From: Hydrolagus colliei
Taxonomy: Eukaryota
Length of the DNA stretch: 64,000 bases
NCBI GenBank assembly: GCA_035084275.1
Contig: CM068745.1
Location: forward strand, 50,158,001-50,222,000
Reading direction: 5' to 3'
The notes beneath the pieces were generated by a model. That model made no database searches. It saw only the letters and a list, made by a program, of their open reading frames with translations, and was not told where the DNA came from. The translations under genes and the position numbers were made by a program. Of this stretch, positions 49,637 to 62,532 are shown piece after piece (position 1 is the stretch's first letter; each line of letters begins with the position of its first letter).

Positions 49637-51138
49637 CCCCCTCCCTCTCCACCGGATCAGTCCCTGCCCCCCTCAAAACTGCTGTCATCACCCCCCTCCT
49701 TAAAAAACCCTCCCTAGATCCCTCAAACCCTAGCCACTACCGCCCTATTTCTAACCTGCCCTTCCTTTCAAAATCACGGGAATGCGTTGTTGCCCACCAA
49801 CTCCACGCCCACCTCTCCTCCCATTCCCTCTTCGAACCCCTCCAGTCCGGTTTCCGCCCTGCCCACAGTACAGAGACTGCGCTTGTGAAAGTCACAAACG
49901 ACGTCCTCTCTATCTGCGACCAGGGCTCCCTCTGCCTCCTTATCCTCCTGGACCTGTCCACTGCGTTCGACACAGTCGACCACGCCATCCTCCTCCACCA
50001 CCTGTCCTCTGTCATCCACCACAGTGGGACTGCACTCGCCTGGTTCAAGTCCTATCTCACAAACCGCCAGCAGTACATCTCCACAAATGGCTTTTCCTCC
50101 CGCACTTACCCAGTTACCTGTGGGATCTATCCTTGGCCCCCTCCTTTTCCTCATCTATACGCTCCCTCTTGGGGACGTCATCCGCAGACAAGGGGCACAG
50201 TTCCACGTGTAAGCGGATGACACACAATTCTATTTCTCCACTTCACTTTGTGACCCCCAGTCCCCCGATGTTCTGTCAGCCTGCCTTTCAGACATCAGGG
50301 GCTGGATGAGCGCAAATTTCTTGCAGCTGAATGTCGACAAGACGGAGGCCATACTCCTTGGCTCTCGTCAACGACTCCATTCACACGGCTCTCACCTCCT
50401 CCACCTTCCCGGCCTGCCACTAAAATTCTCCGAACCTGTGCGCAACCTAGACGTCAGGTTGTACCCCCAACTGTCCTTCCTCCCTCACATCTGGTCCTTT
50501 ACCAGCACTGCCTTCTACCACCTTCGACGGATCGCCCGTCTCCGGCAATACCTCACCCCAAGAGCCACTGAAACCTTGGTCCATGCCTTTGTCACTCTCG
50601 GCTGGACTATTGCAATGCCCTCCTCTCCAGTCTACCTCCACCACAATCCATAAAATCCAGCTAATCCAAATCTCTGCCGCCTGCATACTCACCCACTCCA
50701 AGCTTTGCTCCCCCATTACCTCAGTCCTTGCCAGACTTCACTGGCTCCCTATCCCAGAGAGGATCGACTTTTAGATCCTCACCATTGTTTTCAAATCCCT
50801 CCACTCCTCTGCACCCCCCTATTTCTCTGATCTCCTCTCCCCCCAACCCAGCACCCGCTGCCTTCGCTCCTCTGGGTCTGGCCTCCTCCATGTCCCCCGA
50901 ATCCTCCGCTCCACCATCGGTGGCCGTGCCTTTAGCCACTACGCCCCGAGGCTCTGGAACTCCCTTCAGCTTGCCCCATCTCTTCCCAGTTTCAGGTCAC
51001 AGCTGAAGACCGTTCTCTTTGCCCGCGCTTTTGGTCACCTTTCTGCCCCTGGCTCGGTCTCGGGATCCGCTATTGCAAAGTGCTCTGGGACGCTGTCCGG
51101 CATGGAGGGCGCTATATAAATTGAAGTTGTTGTTGTTG
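49637..51138 (+). mobile_element. 5'-truncated, inactivated L2 LINE (RT domain to 3' tail)
   Basis: TAVITPLLKKPSLD...YRPISNLPFLSK...QSGFRPAHSTETAL...LLDLSTAFDTVDH...GSILGPLLFLIYTLPLG. The YADD Tyr codon is mutated to TAA (50210-50212), there are several frameshifts, and a (ttg)n tail. Confidence 0.95.
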
Positions 51139-52559
51139 TGAAACTGTTATTTTTGGTCTTTTCCTTATATTATTATATAGGACATGCCAGCAGGCACAAA
51201 ACAGTCAACATCAAAGTCAATCGACACATTTAAAAAAAAGCCTGCAGTCGAACTGCAAAAAGAAGCTAAATATCAGAGTCCCTCTTTACTGACATGTTGC
51301 ATAATAATAGTATGCTTTCAGCCTGCTCCTGACTGCAGACAATGGCAATTGCGGTGCAAAACTAATAACAGGATTTAAAATAAATCCACCACAGGAAGTG
51401 AACAGTTGCACTGGCAAATAATTAACCAGTGAACATTTTATGGCGACATTAGGGTGCTTTGTGCTTTATAGCTTCAGGCAATTGTTATCATGAAAGCGAT
51501 ACAGATCTTCAAGATTCTAAAAAAAAGCTAAATAAATGAAAGGCCACTTTTTTGAGGAGGGGGAGAAGGGCTTCTCGGACCGTCCCTAATCCAGCTGCAC
51601 CAGGGATTATACAGCCTGATGTAAAAGACTGCTTAAAGAACTTCCTTCCTTTTTATTTTAAATTGGTCTCCCTTCAAAGCAAGGTGGATTGTGGTTATTT
51701 AACACAACAACCAAGTGGTTCAAAGCAACACTTTGATCTTGAACCGCTGCCAAATTCCCAAAGTTTAAAGCCCCCCTGTGCAGTGGAGTAGACTTGTATC
51801 CGCAACCCAAGCTAATTTGCAGTGTAATGTTAAAATGAGTGCTACAGCTCAGGGAAAGGGGGAAGGGAGGGGAAACGATCACAGAATCTTTGCTCATGTC
51901 CAAGAACCAACTGGAGAGTAAGATATAATGTATGGTGAAATTTATTTGATCAAAAAAATCTTTTTACGGTAGATTTAGCAATCCATGTCGCATATTCCTA
52001 TACTTCTGCCATTCTTTCATGTGTGCTTAGGGTTTGAATTGTATGTTGATATAGTTGGAAATGTTCATACTTTTCACCCCTATAATTGTTCGAGACCAGG
52101 CTGAGGAAATGACGTGAAGATTTTTTTTGTTACCAAGCTTCTCCTCAAAACCTCAGAATAGGGCAGATGTATTGTGGTGAAGGAGCTTAAATTTTGTTGC
52201 TGATTCTTTGTCAACAGTATACTGCTTGTAACTGGGTATCTGTGAATGCTCAACTTAATCGAGTAAACGTCTTGTTGCTTTTCATGGATCTTTATTTATA
52301 ATACTATTCCTTCCATTTGATACAATGCATTAACATGTCAAAACATGCTAAAGAGCTTCACAGCTCTTTCCTGTAGAGTGGTAAGTTTCAAAGTATCATA
52401 AAGATTTCATAAAACCTATATTTGTACTCGTAGAATTACCCTCATAATTTCAAGTTCTGATGTGTCCACTCAAAATAATTATTACATCACAAGTAAATGC
52501 TGTTGAGGCCAGTCAATAATTGGTCAATGAATAACTACAATACAATACAAAATTACATG

Positions 52560-53045
52560 GAACAGGCTGGAGCCTGTTGATCAGAGGGAGCGGACAGATT
52601 GATAAGGGGTTAGCAGGTCAGTGAGGTAGGCTGTGGCAAAGCCACATGGAGGGTCTTGAAGGTGAGGATGAAAATATTGAACTCGAGCCTCCGATAGATG
52701 GAGAGCCAATGGAGATGGGTGAGAATTGATGTGATGGAGTTACGGAGACTGGTGCAGGAGATGACATGAACTGCGGAGATCTTGATGATTTGCAGTTTGT
52801 GGAGTGAATAGTTGGGAAGGCCAACAAATAGGGCTTTGACTTAGTTGAGCCTGGTTATAATGAAGGCATGTATGAGGGTTTTGGCTGCCTGAGGGGTGAA
52901 GTAGTGGTGGAGTCGGGCAATGTTGCAGAGGTGGAGAAAGGCAAAATGGGTCATGGCACAGATGTGGGGAGAAAGGACAGTTCAGGGTTGAACAAAACGC
53001 CTAGGATCCTGACTGGTTTGGTGAGGTGGAGTGTGCATCCTGGTG
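52560..53045 (-). mobile_element. Decayed L2 fragment
   Basis: Reverse complement parallels 43380-43850 (aacattgcccgactccaccactac). Confidence 0.75.
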
Positions 53046-54061
53046 GCGTGTGCAACTAGAACTGAATGTGGGGTATAACCTTAACAAACACAAAAAAAAA
53101 TTACACTTGTATAGCGCCTTTCAGGTCAGGAGGACATCCTAAGGTGCTGGAAAACTCCACTCAACCCCCAGGAATTCAGCACACTAGTTGTGCCCAAAAA
53201 GGGTGTGCTGTCAATCATCAAAGCATTTTTGGTCTGAGGGATTCCAGCTTAAGTCAGAAAGATATCAGCGTTAAGCCAATATCCCCACAGACAGGCACTT
53301 AAATGCTTTGCTCCATAGCCGAGCAACTCCAATGGCAGCCATGGCCCAGGAGCTGGTTATCATCGTCTGTGTCTGATCCGTTATATCAGAGATTGATAAG
53401 AGCTGGGTTCTTAATCTAATTGTGGATATTTATTGGCCTATATCTCAACTAGGAGAAGCAGCAGTAGGAGAACTGTTCTAAAGGGCAAGCATAACATAGG
53501 TTCAGTTTTTATGGGAGTTTTGTAATCACTGATATCTGGAATCATTTGATCAGGCCTTGTTGTTTTCCAGTAACCTTGAAATGGTAAATTGCTTACTAGC
53601 TGCTTGCAACCCTGTAGCTGGCAAATGCACTGTAAAAATAAGCACTCACTGTCATTACTGATTACTGCTGCACTGCTGCTGGCACATGGAGGCTCATGTG
53701 AAACTGGTCAGCAGTTATAAAGGACATGTTTTTTTCTTTATCGAAAACACATGTGAGAATTCAACTTGGTTATTTGTTCCACTAGTTTGATTGGAATTAG
53801 AAATCCCAATGAAAGGATGCACTCCTCACCCATTTTGCTTTGGGGGACTATGATTCTCAGATTGCCAAAATTAGCAAGTCTTTTTGGTAAATGTTTATAA
53901 TGGGATTTCCTGTCATAAAGACTTAAATGGGAAAAAATCATTATTGTAATTATCATACATCTGTTTCATTGTTTGCCTCCTCCTCTTCCCCTGCCACACT
54001 GTCTGTTTCTGGATAAATTTATGTTTAACTTTTTGTTCCAGTTTAGAGATATACAATGAAT

Positions 54062-54385
54062 TGTTAAGTCACGTAACTCAGTGGTTATAGCCCTCGACTT
54101 GCAAACGAGAGAGCTGGGTTTGATTCCCGGCAGGGTGAAACCTTGCACAAGGTTCTTTATTCCACTCACCTGATAATAATCCCTCAAGCAAAAAATAATA
54201 AATTGGTCGCTTCAATCCATGCTTGTTTGTGGGGCACTGCAGTGTGCAATTGGTTGCTGCTTCTCGCCCACAAATATACAGTCAATTCACTTTACAGTAT
54301 ATTCATTAAAGCAATTTGAGACATCTAGAAGATGTGAAAAGGGTTATATCAAATGCAAGAATTATTATTATTTATTATTATATTA
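54062..54385 (+). mobile_element. tRNA-derived SINE copy
   Basis: gtaactcagtggttatagccctcgacttgcaaacgagagagctgggtttgattcccggcagggtgaaacc, ending in an (att)n tail. Confidence 0.88.
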
Positions 54386-55127
54386 TTAATATCATGAAAT
54401 ACCAAGAGGCGTATTCTCTTATTTTATTTGAGGTCCATTTCATGGGGAGAGGGTGGAGCAGAGGAGTGGAAGAAACATCAATCTTTCAACACAGGAGAAT
54501 TTTTTTAATTGATTAAATACAAGGGAACTGATACAGTAATAATATTATTATCAAGGTACTTTATGTTTAAATTTATGTTCCAGCTTAGAGATATACAATA
54601 TATAATAATATTATTATACTAATCCAGTAATTGTCATAAAGAAATCTTCAGAAAAGTGCTGCAGGAGGTTCACAGAGAGGTGTTACAGAAAAAGAAAATA
54701 TACATTTATATATCTTTGTTGAACATATGTATCAAAATAATCTGAAGCAATAAATATGTATTTTCCACCAGAATTTCACGTGGAACTTGACCGTACCATT
54801 ACTTACTGTTACAATTTATATTGTTAGGTGCCAACAATTTTGTAGATGGGTATCAAATAATCTGTGGATTATTACTATTTATGCAGCAACTTGCAAATTT
54901 GTGGGTTTGATCTTCCAATTGAGGTAAACTCAATACAACAACAATAAAATTATATTTCTAGAGTGCCTTTCATGTCGGGAGGATAAACCTATAATGCACA
55001 TCACATTTAATATAGTGTCTTTCACGTCACGAGGACATCTTAAAGCACTTCACAGGACATAACTGCATTTGTAGGCAAACATAGTAATGTCCCACAAATA
55101 ACACTTCCAACAATGCAGCACACCTCG

Positions 55128-55450
55128 ACAACAATAACAACATGTTACATTTATATTAGTGTCCTTCACTGGGGTGAAGTCCCAGGGTGCTTTACAGTGA
55201 CAAAATTTGGCCCCAAACCAGGGGGAGAGTGGAGTGGGGGGAGGGGAGGGGGTAGTGGGAAGAGGGAGAATTGACTGCAAGCTCGATCATAAACGAAGGT
55301 GTTTAGGTTGGATTTGTGGGGCAGGAGGGGACAAGGTAGAGGGATTGAGGGAGAGAGTCCCAGAGTTTTGAGGCATAGTGCTGAAGGCACGGCTGCCGAT
55401 GGTGGAATGGAGGGTATGAGGGACAAACAGGGCCAGAGCCAACCACGCGG
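55128..55450 (-). mobile_element. L2-type 3' fragment
   Basis: (caa)n tail and tagtgtccttcac...cccagggtgcttt stem. Reverse reads STIGSRAFS, as in L2 ORF2 ends. Confidence 0.7.
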
Positions 55451-57970
55451 AGACGTAGACAAGGGTATCATGTGCTGTACTGGTTGTACTGAGAGTTTCC
55501 CCTAGCACTGTACTGGAGTTTCAGCCTAGACTTGTGAGTTTAAAGTCCCAATTTGGTGTTTGAAACAACAGTTTTCTGACTCAGGGGCTAGGATGTGACC
55601 AAATGAGCCAGGTTGACACCCTATTTAATGTAATCTTGGACCTTCTTGCTCTGCACCACAGAGCTTATTTACTTATTGTAATATTAGAGGAGTTCCCACT
55701 TGCCCCCACCCCTCCATAAGAGGAAACAACTCTTGTAAAGGAAAAACTTTTATGCAAATGAGCGTTTATCTAATTTTGAAATCTGTTCATTTGCAATATA
55801 GTCACTGCAGATAAATACAGTATATATAAATACAGTATATACTGTTAGCTATCTTGGTCATTTGCAAGTGTGGAAAACTTGTGTTTGGCATTGGATACTG
55901 CGCTGACTCGGATTGAGTTAGGCCAATATCCCTTGAATGAAACTGTCAAAAATGATCCTTATTATGTGGGATTCTAAGCTGCCGACACCCATGACTTGTC
56001 AGCGAGGTTTGGATGGAGATGTAGCAAATTAATTATTCAGAAATTTATGGGATTATTTCATGATGATGTTCCTTAAATATGGAATGGAACAGGCTTAGGA
56101 ATCAATATGTGATTGCTTACTAATTTAATAATTTTATAATAATCCTTGGATTTGATATAGCACCTTATCATGTAGCTCCACAGAATATATTGTAAAGAGT
56201 ATTGAATGTGTATTTTGTGGTGAAGCACGGAAGCCAGTTGTGCACAGCAGTGCGTCACAAAGTAACCACATTTTGTTTTGTTGGAAGGATTATTACCCCC
56301 CCAAAAAAAATCCACCAATTGACTAATAACCAGGTTTCTACTTACTGCTAGGTAAACAGAGGCATGTGGAGCAAGGACATTTGCTAAAGCTTTCACAAGA
56401 GAATGCAAATCAGCTGGTGAAAATATACAACTATGATCATTTACAGAATGGTTGTTAACATATTTATAAAACCTAAATTAAAAATATTTAATGTAGCATG
56501 TGACATGAGTGACTCTTTAATACCTCCCGCATTTATATTACATTTATGGAAAGGGTCCTAACCCTAGAGTATTCATCAATTGATTATATACTCTCTATAA
56601 TTACATATGTTTCTCAGTAAAATGCATGGCTCAATAGTTAGTAATAATTTTGGTTGAAAATCAACAAGGGAATGGAATGCTTATGTTTCTCAAGGGTGCT
56701 AAAATAATGTCAACTGTATAGAAGGACTGGAAGTCTGGTCTCAATTCACCCACCGCCCCCTGACCCACCCACTGGCATCAAGTTCCTCGACTGTTAAGCA
56801 TTCAAAGGCACTTCCATGTGTGCCATAGAAATGCAAGTTGCTGTTGTTTGATAGGTACACCGAAGAACTGAACAACACAGACATCTGTGGTTCCACGTTT
56901 GACAGCTGATCTGCATTGAATTAGTTGGTCTTGCCTAGAGAATGTAGCCTGAGGTGCCAAATTGGTTTAAGCACCCCAAGGCGAGGAAGGAGAAAAACAA
57001 GCACTGTGTTCCTTTTCTTGTCATTTTCTAGTTACTCTTGCCACAGGTGGATCCCATGTTGGGGATAAAATGTTAATAATGATGCTTTGGGTGGTCTAAT
57101 AGGAATCTCAAGCCAATTCTTCATGTGTGAGCCTGAGACACATTGTTCTAGGCACGGGCATGAAAAATTCTTCCCAACAGGAAAGGTGAAAAACAAATGC
57201 AATTTGTTGTTGTTGTTATTGAATTGGGCTGTGGCATGAGATGGCAAGTAGTGCCCATGTAACCATACCCCAACTTAAATCACTTAAAATATAGAAATGA
57301 GATGCCAACCAAAACTGTCTCCTTTTTATATTGGTAAGATATTTAAAACATTTCTTTTGACCTATTTTCACTGCTACAAGATCTCTTTCTTATACTATAT
57401 TGCAGCAAAGAGGCTTCTGTCAATAACACTGATTCTGACAGATAGGAGTTTGGTGAAAGTGGGCACAGGTGACACTAGACTTTTGAGTTGTATACATTCC
57501 TATCCTCTGCTATGTTAAGATGCGTAGAAAACCCCCTCAAATTAAAATAAATCTAAAACAGTAAATATCCGAATTTGAATCGCATTGTAAATCATTTATT
57601 ATTACCCAATTAGAAACCTTTTATGTGTCTTTATTGTATAATGTTGGTACAGTAAGTCAGGCAACACTTATATTATTGTTAACAGTCAGCAAAGGTTATG
57701 TGTTTAGCGACACCACATAGATTCCACTGGAGATGTTATTACAAGCTATGGAGAGTGAGTCAGCTCGGATGTTTACCACATGTGGCTAATTTTGCTCTAT
57801 AACAATTTGTCTGCCAAAACGTTAAGCTCTATGCCAGAAAATGGCAAATGTTGAGCCATGGATATGACAGCAACAGTACAATGGTATCAATGCAGAGAAC
57901 AATGTGAATACTTACGGAGTTATTCTGCTCCATGTGTTTCAGTGCAAGTGTATTTATTGATGTGAATTAA

Positions 57971-58330
57971 GAATAATAATAATCCTTGCATCTGATATAG
58001 CGCTTTTCACGTCTTCTATATGTCTCAAAGCACTTCACAGAATATATTGGAAAGTAAGTTGTCTGCATTTTTGTGTGTGAAACTCAGCAGCTAATTTTGC
58101 ATAGCACTGTCCCACAAACAGTTGTGGATTGAAATGACCAATTTATTATTGTGTTTTTTTTTGTATGGATTATTATTAGGCATGTGGAGTAAGGAAACTT
58201 GCCTGAGGTTTTGCCCTAAGAACTATTCTGCCTCGTTTCAGGGCAATTCACTTCACAGTATATTCTATGGAGCGCTTTTAGACATCTCAAAGACGTGATA
58301 CGACGCTATATCAAATACAAGGAACATTAT
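57971..58330. mobile_element. Head-truncated SINE (-; 57971-58217) abutting an inverted SINE 3' fragment (+; 58244-58330)
   Basis: Both match the younger SINE tail in opposite orientations. Confidence 0.8.
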
Positions 58331-61300
58331 TGTCTTTGTTTTGGTTGGGAAAATAAATGAAATAAAATTTTAAATGTATTATCTAATCTTACATTGATAA
58401 TTGCGTCGCAGTTATTTGTGCAACTTGCCAAACAGAACAAACTTATCCCATTTCAACAAATTTTGAGGGATAGAGCACATATTGCAGAAAAATCCCCAGC
58501 TTGTGCCATGCAGGGTAAGTGATTTTGCCTTTGCCTTAAATTGGCTGTTTTATTAGATCACATTACAGAAAAGGATCTTTGTGGTAAAATTGTTCTGGCC
58601 TTGGGACATCCTCCCGACATGAAAGGCACTCTATAAATGTAATTTTGTTGTTGCAAACGTGAAATGTAGCACACACACTGCGAACACTTTGAACAAACAG
58701 ATTGTAACACTGCAAGGTGTTTTATGACTGAGGGTTCATCGTGCTGCATTGCAGTTTCTACTTCAGTATTACAGAGAAGCTTTGATTATCCACTATCAGC
58801 TTACCCCTTTCCCGTTTAAGCACCATTATTTCTGACAGCAGGGAGGCGTGGCTTGGAAATTACTGGAAGTTCAGAGCAGAAGTATTGGAACCAGAGCTTG
58901 AGTTGGATAAGTAGTGAGAGTTGTGGTAACTTGGTCCCAAACTGGATTCAGATATAGAGTAACATAATTTACTCAGTGTTGCATGCAGTATGTTGTTTCT
59001 GTTAAGAAACACCAACGAATGTCCTGAAAAGGAGAAATATGTTTAAATGAAACCATAATTCCATGAATAGGAATTTAAAAATGCATCACTTCTATAAAAT
59101 ATTTTACCAAAGGGAATTATAAGTATTTTGATATTCATCTTACATTTCATTTATCTTGGTTTCAGTCAGATTTTTCAAATTAAAACGTGACCTAGCTAAG
59201 TGTATAACTTATCCAACACTCAAAGTAAATGGATGAAGCATAGATTAAGAATTTATTTTTGCTGAATAGCATTGAGATTGCAAAGAAAAGAAATGGCCTA
59301 TACAGTATTTGCAAAGTTAAGGGGCATAATTCTGTTTGGATATAAACAGATTTGTTGACTCTCGATTATATTTCCAATTTAAATTATTCATTGGGTGTGG
59401 AAGAGGTCCTGTCTGTTAAGCAGACAATTGTTGTTCTACCTTATCCACTGGGGCATGAACTTCTCTAAAACCTTTAATTTTGTAAAGAGATAGGAGGGAG
59501 CATGATTTCAACATAGTAAGTTTGATGTTGCCAGTTCTGAGATAAAATACATCAAGCGCTCTGAGACGACGTCCGACGTGGAGGGCGCTATATAAATCAA
59601 AGTTGTTGTTGTTGTTAAAATGCCTAATTCTGTAACTTTTCTTTGGCTTTGGTAACTTTCCTGTGACTTCTTTTCGACTACACTTTTAGTCATGTTTTTC
59701 CCCCTCTCCCTGGCTTGGCCCTGAGATACGTTATTGTGAAGCGCTCTGTGGTGTTGCCTGGCGTGGAGGGCACTATATAAATACAAATTGTTGTTGTTAT
59801 TATTCTATTGTGGAAAAACTCAGTTCACACACTAAGACAAGTGAGTTCCGACAGTTTCCAAGAATGCGCAATTCAGTTACAGACAATGGTATTTTGTATT
59901 ACATTAAATACATATATTGTTGATAAAGAAATCAGAACAGTGTGTAGGCAGGATTTGGCTACTTTCATTCAACAACTGATTGCTTCTTTTTGCATGAATG
60001 CCTTAGTTTTTTTTTCTAAGAACAGAAAATGTCCATCAGATGCAACAAATCTACCTTTTTTGTTAGATTTGAAGTTAACCGACACTCCTTCTCACCATAT
60101 CTATCAACTCCTTCATAGAAATGCATTTAATCTCTTAAAACCTATTTATATTGTTGGCCTCAATGGCCCTCCCTATTCAGTAAATTGTATCACAAGTCTA
60201 TTGGCTTTTGTGCAACAACTGTTATGTCTAAATTTTCTTCTTACTCCTAACTTCCTAAATTCCTTTTGAACCCATCAGAATAATGTAGTTTAACTTGGAT
60301 TTACTTTGTCTGTGCCTTTCATAATCTCCAAAACCTCAGTGTCTTCACCTTGAAGTCCTTCAGTTTGGGTTCATTCTCTTTCCAATATATTTTCCCTCTT
60401 TCCACCTCAGAGGTAACAGTTTGCACTCCACTTCGCTTCCCACCACCTCCAATGATGTAATTGGAGATCAGGTAATCAAAGTTCTGAGAATTATAAGCAT
60501 GAGGCATGTATATAATCAATCTTAAGTGCATTTTAACTTTAAATCCTTAAACTGCATTAACAGGAGTCCAACAGCACTTTCTAATCATTTGTTTTATTCC
60601 AATGCATTTCTTTTTAGTGCTTCAGCTTTTGTTTTTCATTACTACAGTATATTAAACCAGTCTCACTGTAGCAGAGGTTCATAACTTGTACGCTTACCAT
60701 GATAAAACAAATGCTTGAGAATACAAAAAAAACTTGGCACTGCTTGTAGCAGGCAGTTGCTTGCTTTCGGCAGATTGTCATGCTTATCGAATAAGAGAGG
60801 AAGTAGTTAAGTAACAAATAAAGTGAACTCGTGAAAAATTCTCAATTATCATAAATTAAAGGCATCTGAAATCCCAGTTACAACCCGTATGGTGTCTCTG
60901 TGTGCATTTCAAACAAGGCTTGATTGATGAACACCCAGAAAGGGAGAGGGTCCTATATCTCTTGTGAAAGGCATTAGCCCCACGTTGGTAGCGAAGCAAT
61001 AAATTGCATCTCTGGGTTATTGCTAGGAAGTGACTCACCCTTTGGGAACATAATAGGATTTGTGCTTTCTGTGTAGAACAGATCATGCTGTACTGGTGAC
61101 TGCAGTGGATGTCACTGCTTGGTACTCAGAGTAAAAAAGACAAATGTGTGGGTGTGTGCAAGTAACAGCACTGTGATAAGCAAGCAGGATTCTGCTTTTT
61201 ACAGAATTTCATTTTCATTCACCAGCAACTAATCAAGCCACCAATGAAATTAAAGCACAATGGCATTCAAAATGTAAAACACAGGTTAAAATAGAATGAA

Positions 61301-61686
61301 GCAGCTGTTTTTTTTTGCAAAAGATTAAAATCTTTCAAAACATTTCATCGAAATCTAATTTCTTGTGACAATTAACTATTGAGCCAACAACATTTTTCTG
61401 TTAAGGACCGAATATTAATGAAATAAAGTATTTCTAGTTTTAAAGTTCTAAAAATTTTAAATTATTATTTTACAACTCGCTAAGAATGGGTATTAAATGT
61501 AAACTTTAAAAGGATCTAATTTGCCTTATTTCTTAATGGTGAAAGAAATACTTGAGTTTGATAAAAGCCATTGCACTTCAGTAGGATGTTTCAAAGTATT
61601 TTACAGGATTTACGTTTAAGTGTAGTATCCCATATTTTTCAGGTACAGTATAATCATAATTCCAGATATGACATAATCACAAAGTT

Positions 61687-61778
61687 TTGACAAAGGCCCA
61701 TGGACCCGAAACGTTGATTCACTTTCCTTTCTCCATGGATACTGCTGAGTGTTCGTTTCGGATTTCCAGCATCAGCAT
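61687..61778 (+). mobile_element. Penelope-like terminal-repeat remnant with decayed minimal hammerhead-like motif
   Basis: ttgacaa-aggcccatggaccc-gaaacgttgattc followed by tttcctttctccatggat, identical to 13081-13098. Confidence 0.55.
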
Positions 61779-62380
61779 TCCTACCATAAAGTGAATGATC
61801 GATTTTTTTCTGGGAGATTGTTGGTTAGGACACTTCAAGAGGAAATAGGTTCACAATTTTAAAGGGCAAAATCAGGACATACATCAGGAAACATGTCTTT
61901 GAATAAAAGGCAAAATTTACAGCTGGAATCGTAGGACGGTTCATTTAGACCAGTGGTGGCCAATTCATTGTCCGGGGCCTCAAATGGCCCACGGGGCTGT
62001 CAAGAAGTACCCACTGAATGTTTGCACTTGTCTAGGTGTTTTAAATCAATAGTGTGTTTCTAGTATTTTCTTGATTGAATGCTTTTTAATTTATGGCAAA
62101 TATCAAAACAAATTCATGCAAGAATATGTATTTTGTTGATTAGACATTAAGCTACCATTGGTTTAGACCAAGATAAACACACATTTAAGAAAGAGGAAAA
62201 TTGGGAAAATACTATGGTGGGCATTCAAACATACAGAAGAATCCTTCTTATCTGAATCTCTCTTTGTGATCTTACAAATTCAAATTGCACAAAGTGGGAC
62301 TCATTTCAACTGGAAGTGGAGTGAGTGCAAATCAGTAGGAATTACAGTGTAATCCCATACCTACTAAAAAATGATTTAAT

Positions 62381-62532
62381 CATGATAATAATCCTTGTAT
62401 TTGATATCGAGCCTTATCACATCATCGAGACATCTCAAAGTGCTTCACAGAAGCACTTCACTATTGTGAAGTGAATTGACTGTATACTTTCTTGGTGAAA
62501 CACGGCAGCCAATTGCGCAAAGCAGTGTCCCA
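62381..62532 (-). mobile_element. SINE 3' fragment
   Basis: ataataatccttgtatttgatat...gtgaattgactgtata...cagccaattgcgcaaagcagtgtccca. Confidence 0.8.

Noticed and set aside
49637-51138. Active or domesticated reverse transcriptase gene
   Set aside because: Stop codon in the YADD motif, multiple frameshifts, 5' truncation and an intact L2 tail.
59808-60269. 153-aa ORF on +
   Set aside because: Non-ATG start and no recognisable domain. The distal part looks like the antisense of a decayed CR1 3' end.
61951-62005. hAT/Charlie-like terminus cagtggtggccaa...ggcccacggg
   Set aside because: No matching opposite terminus or TSD found, so too weak to call.
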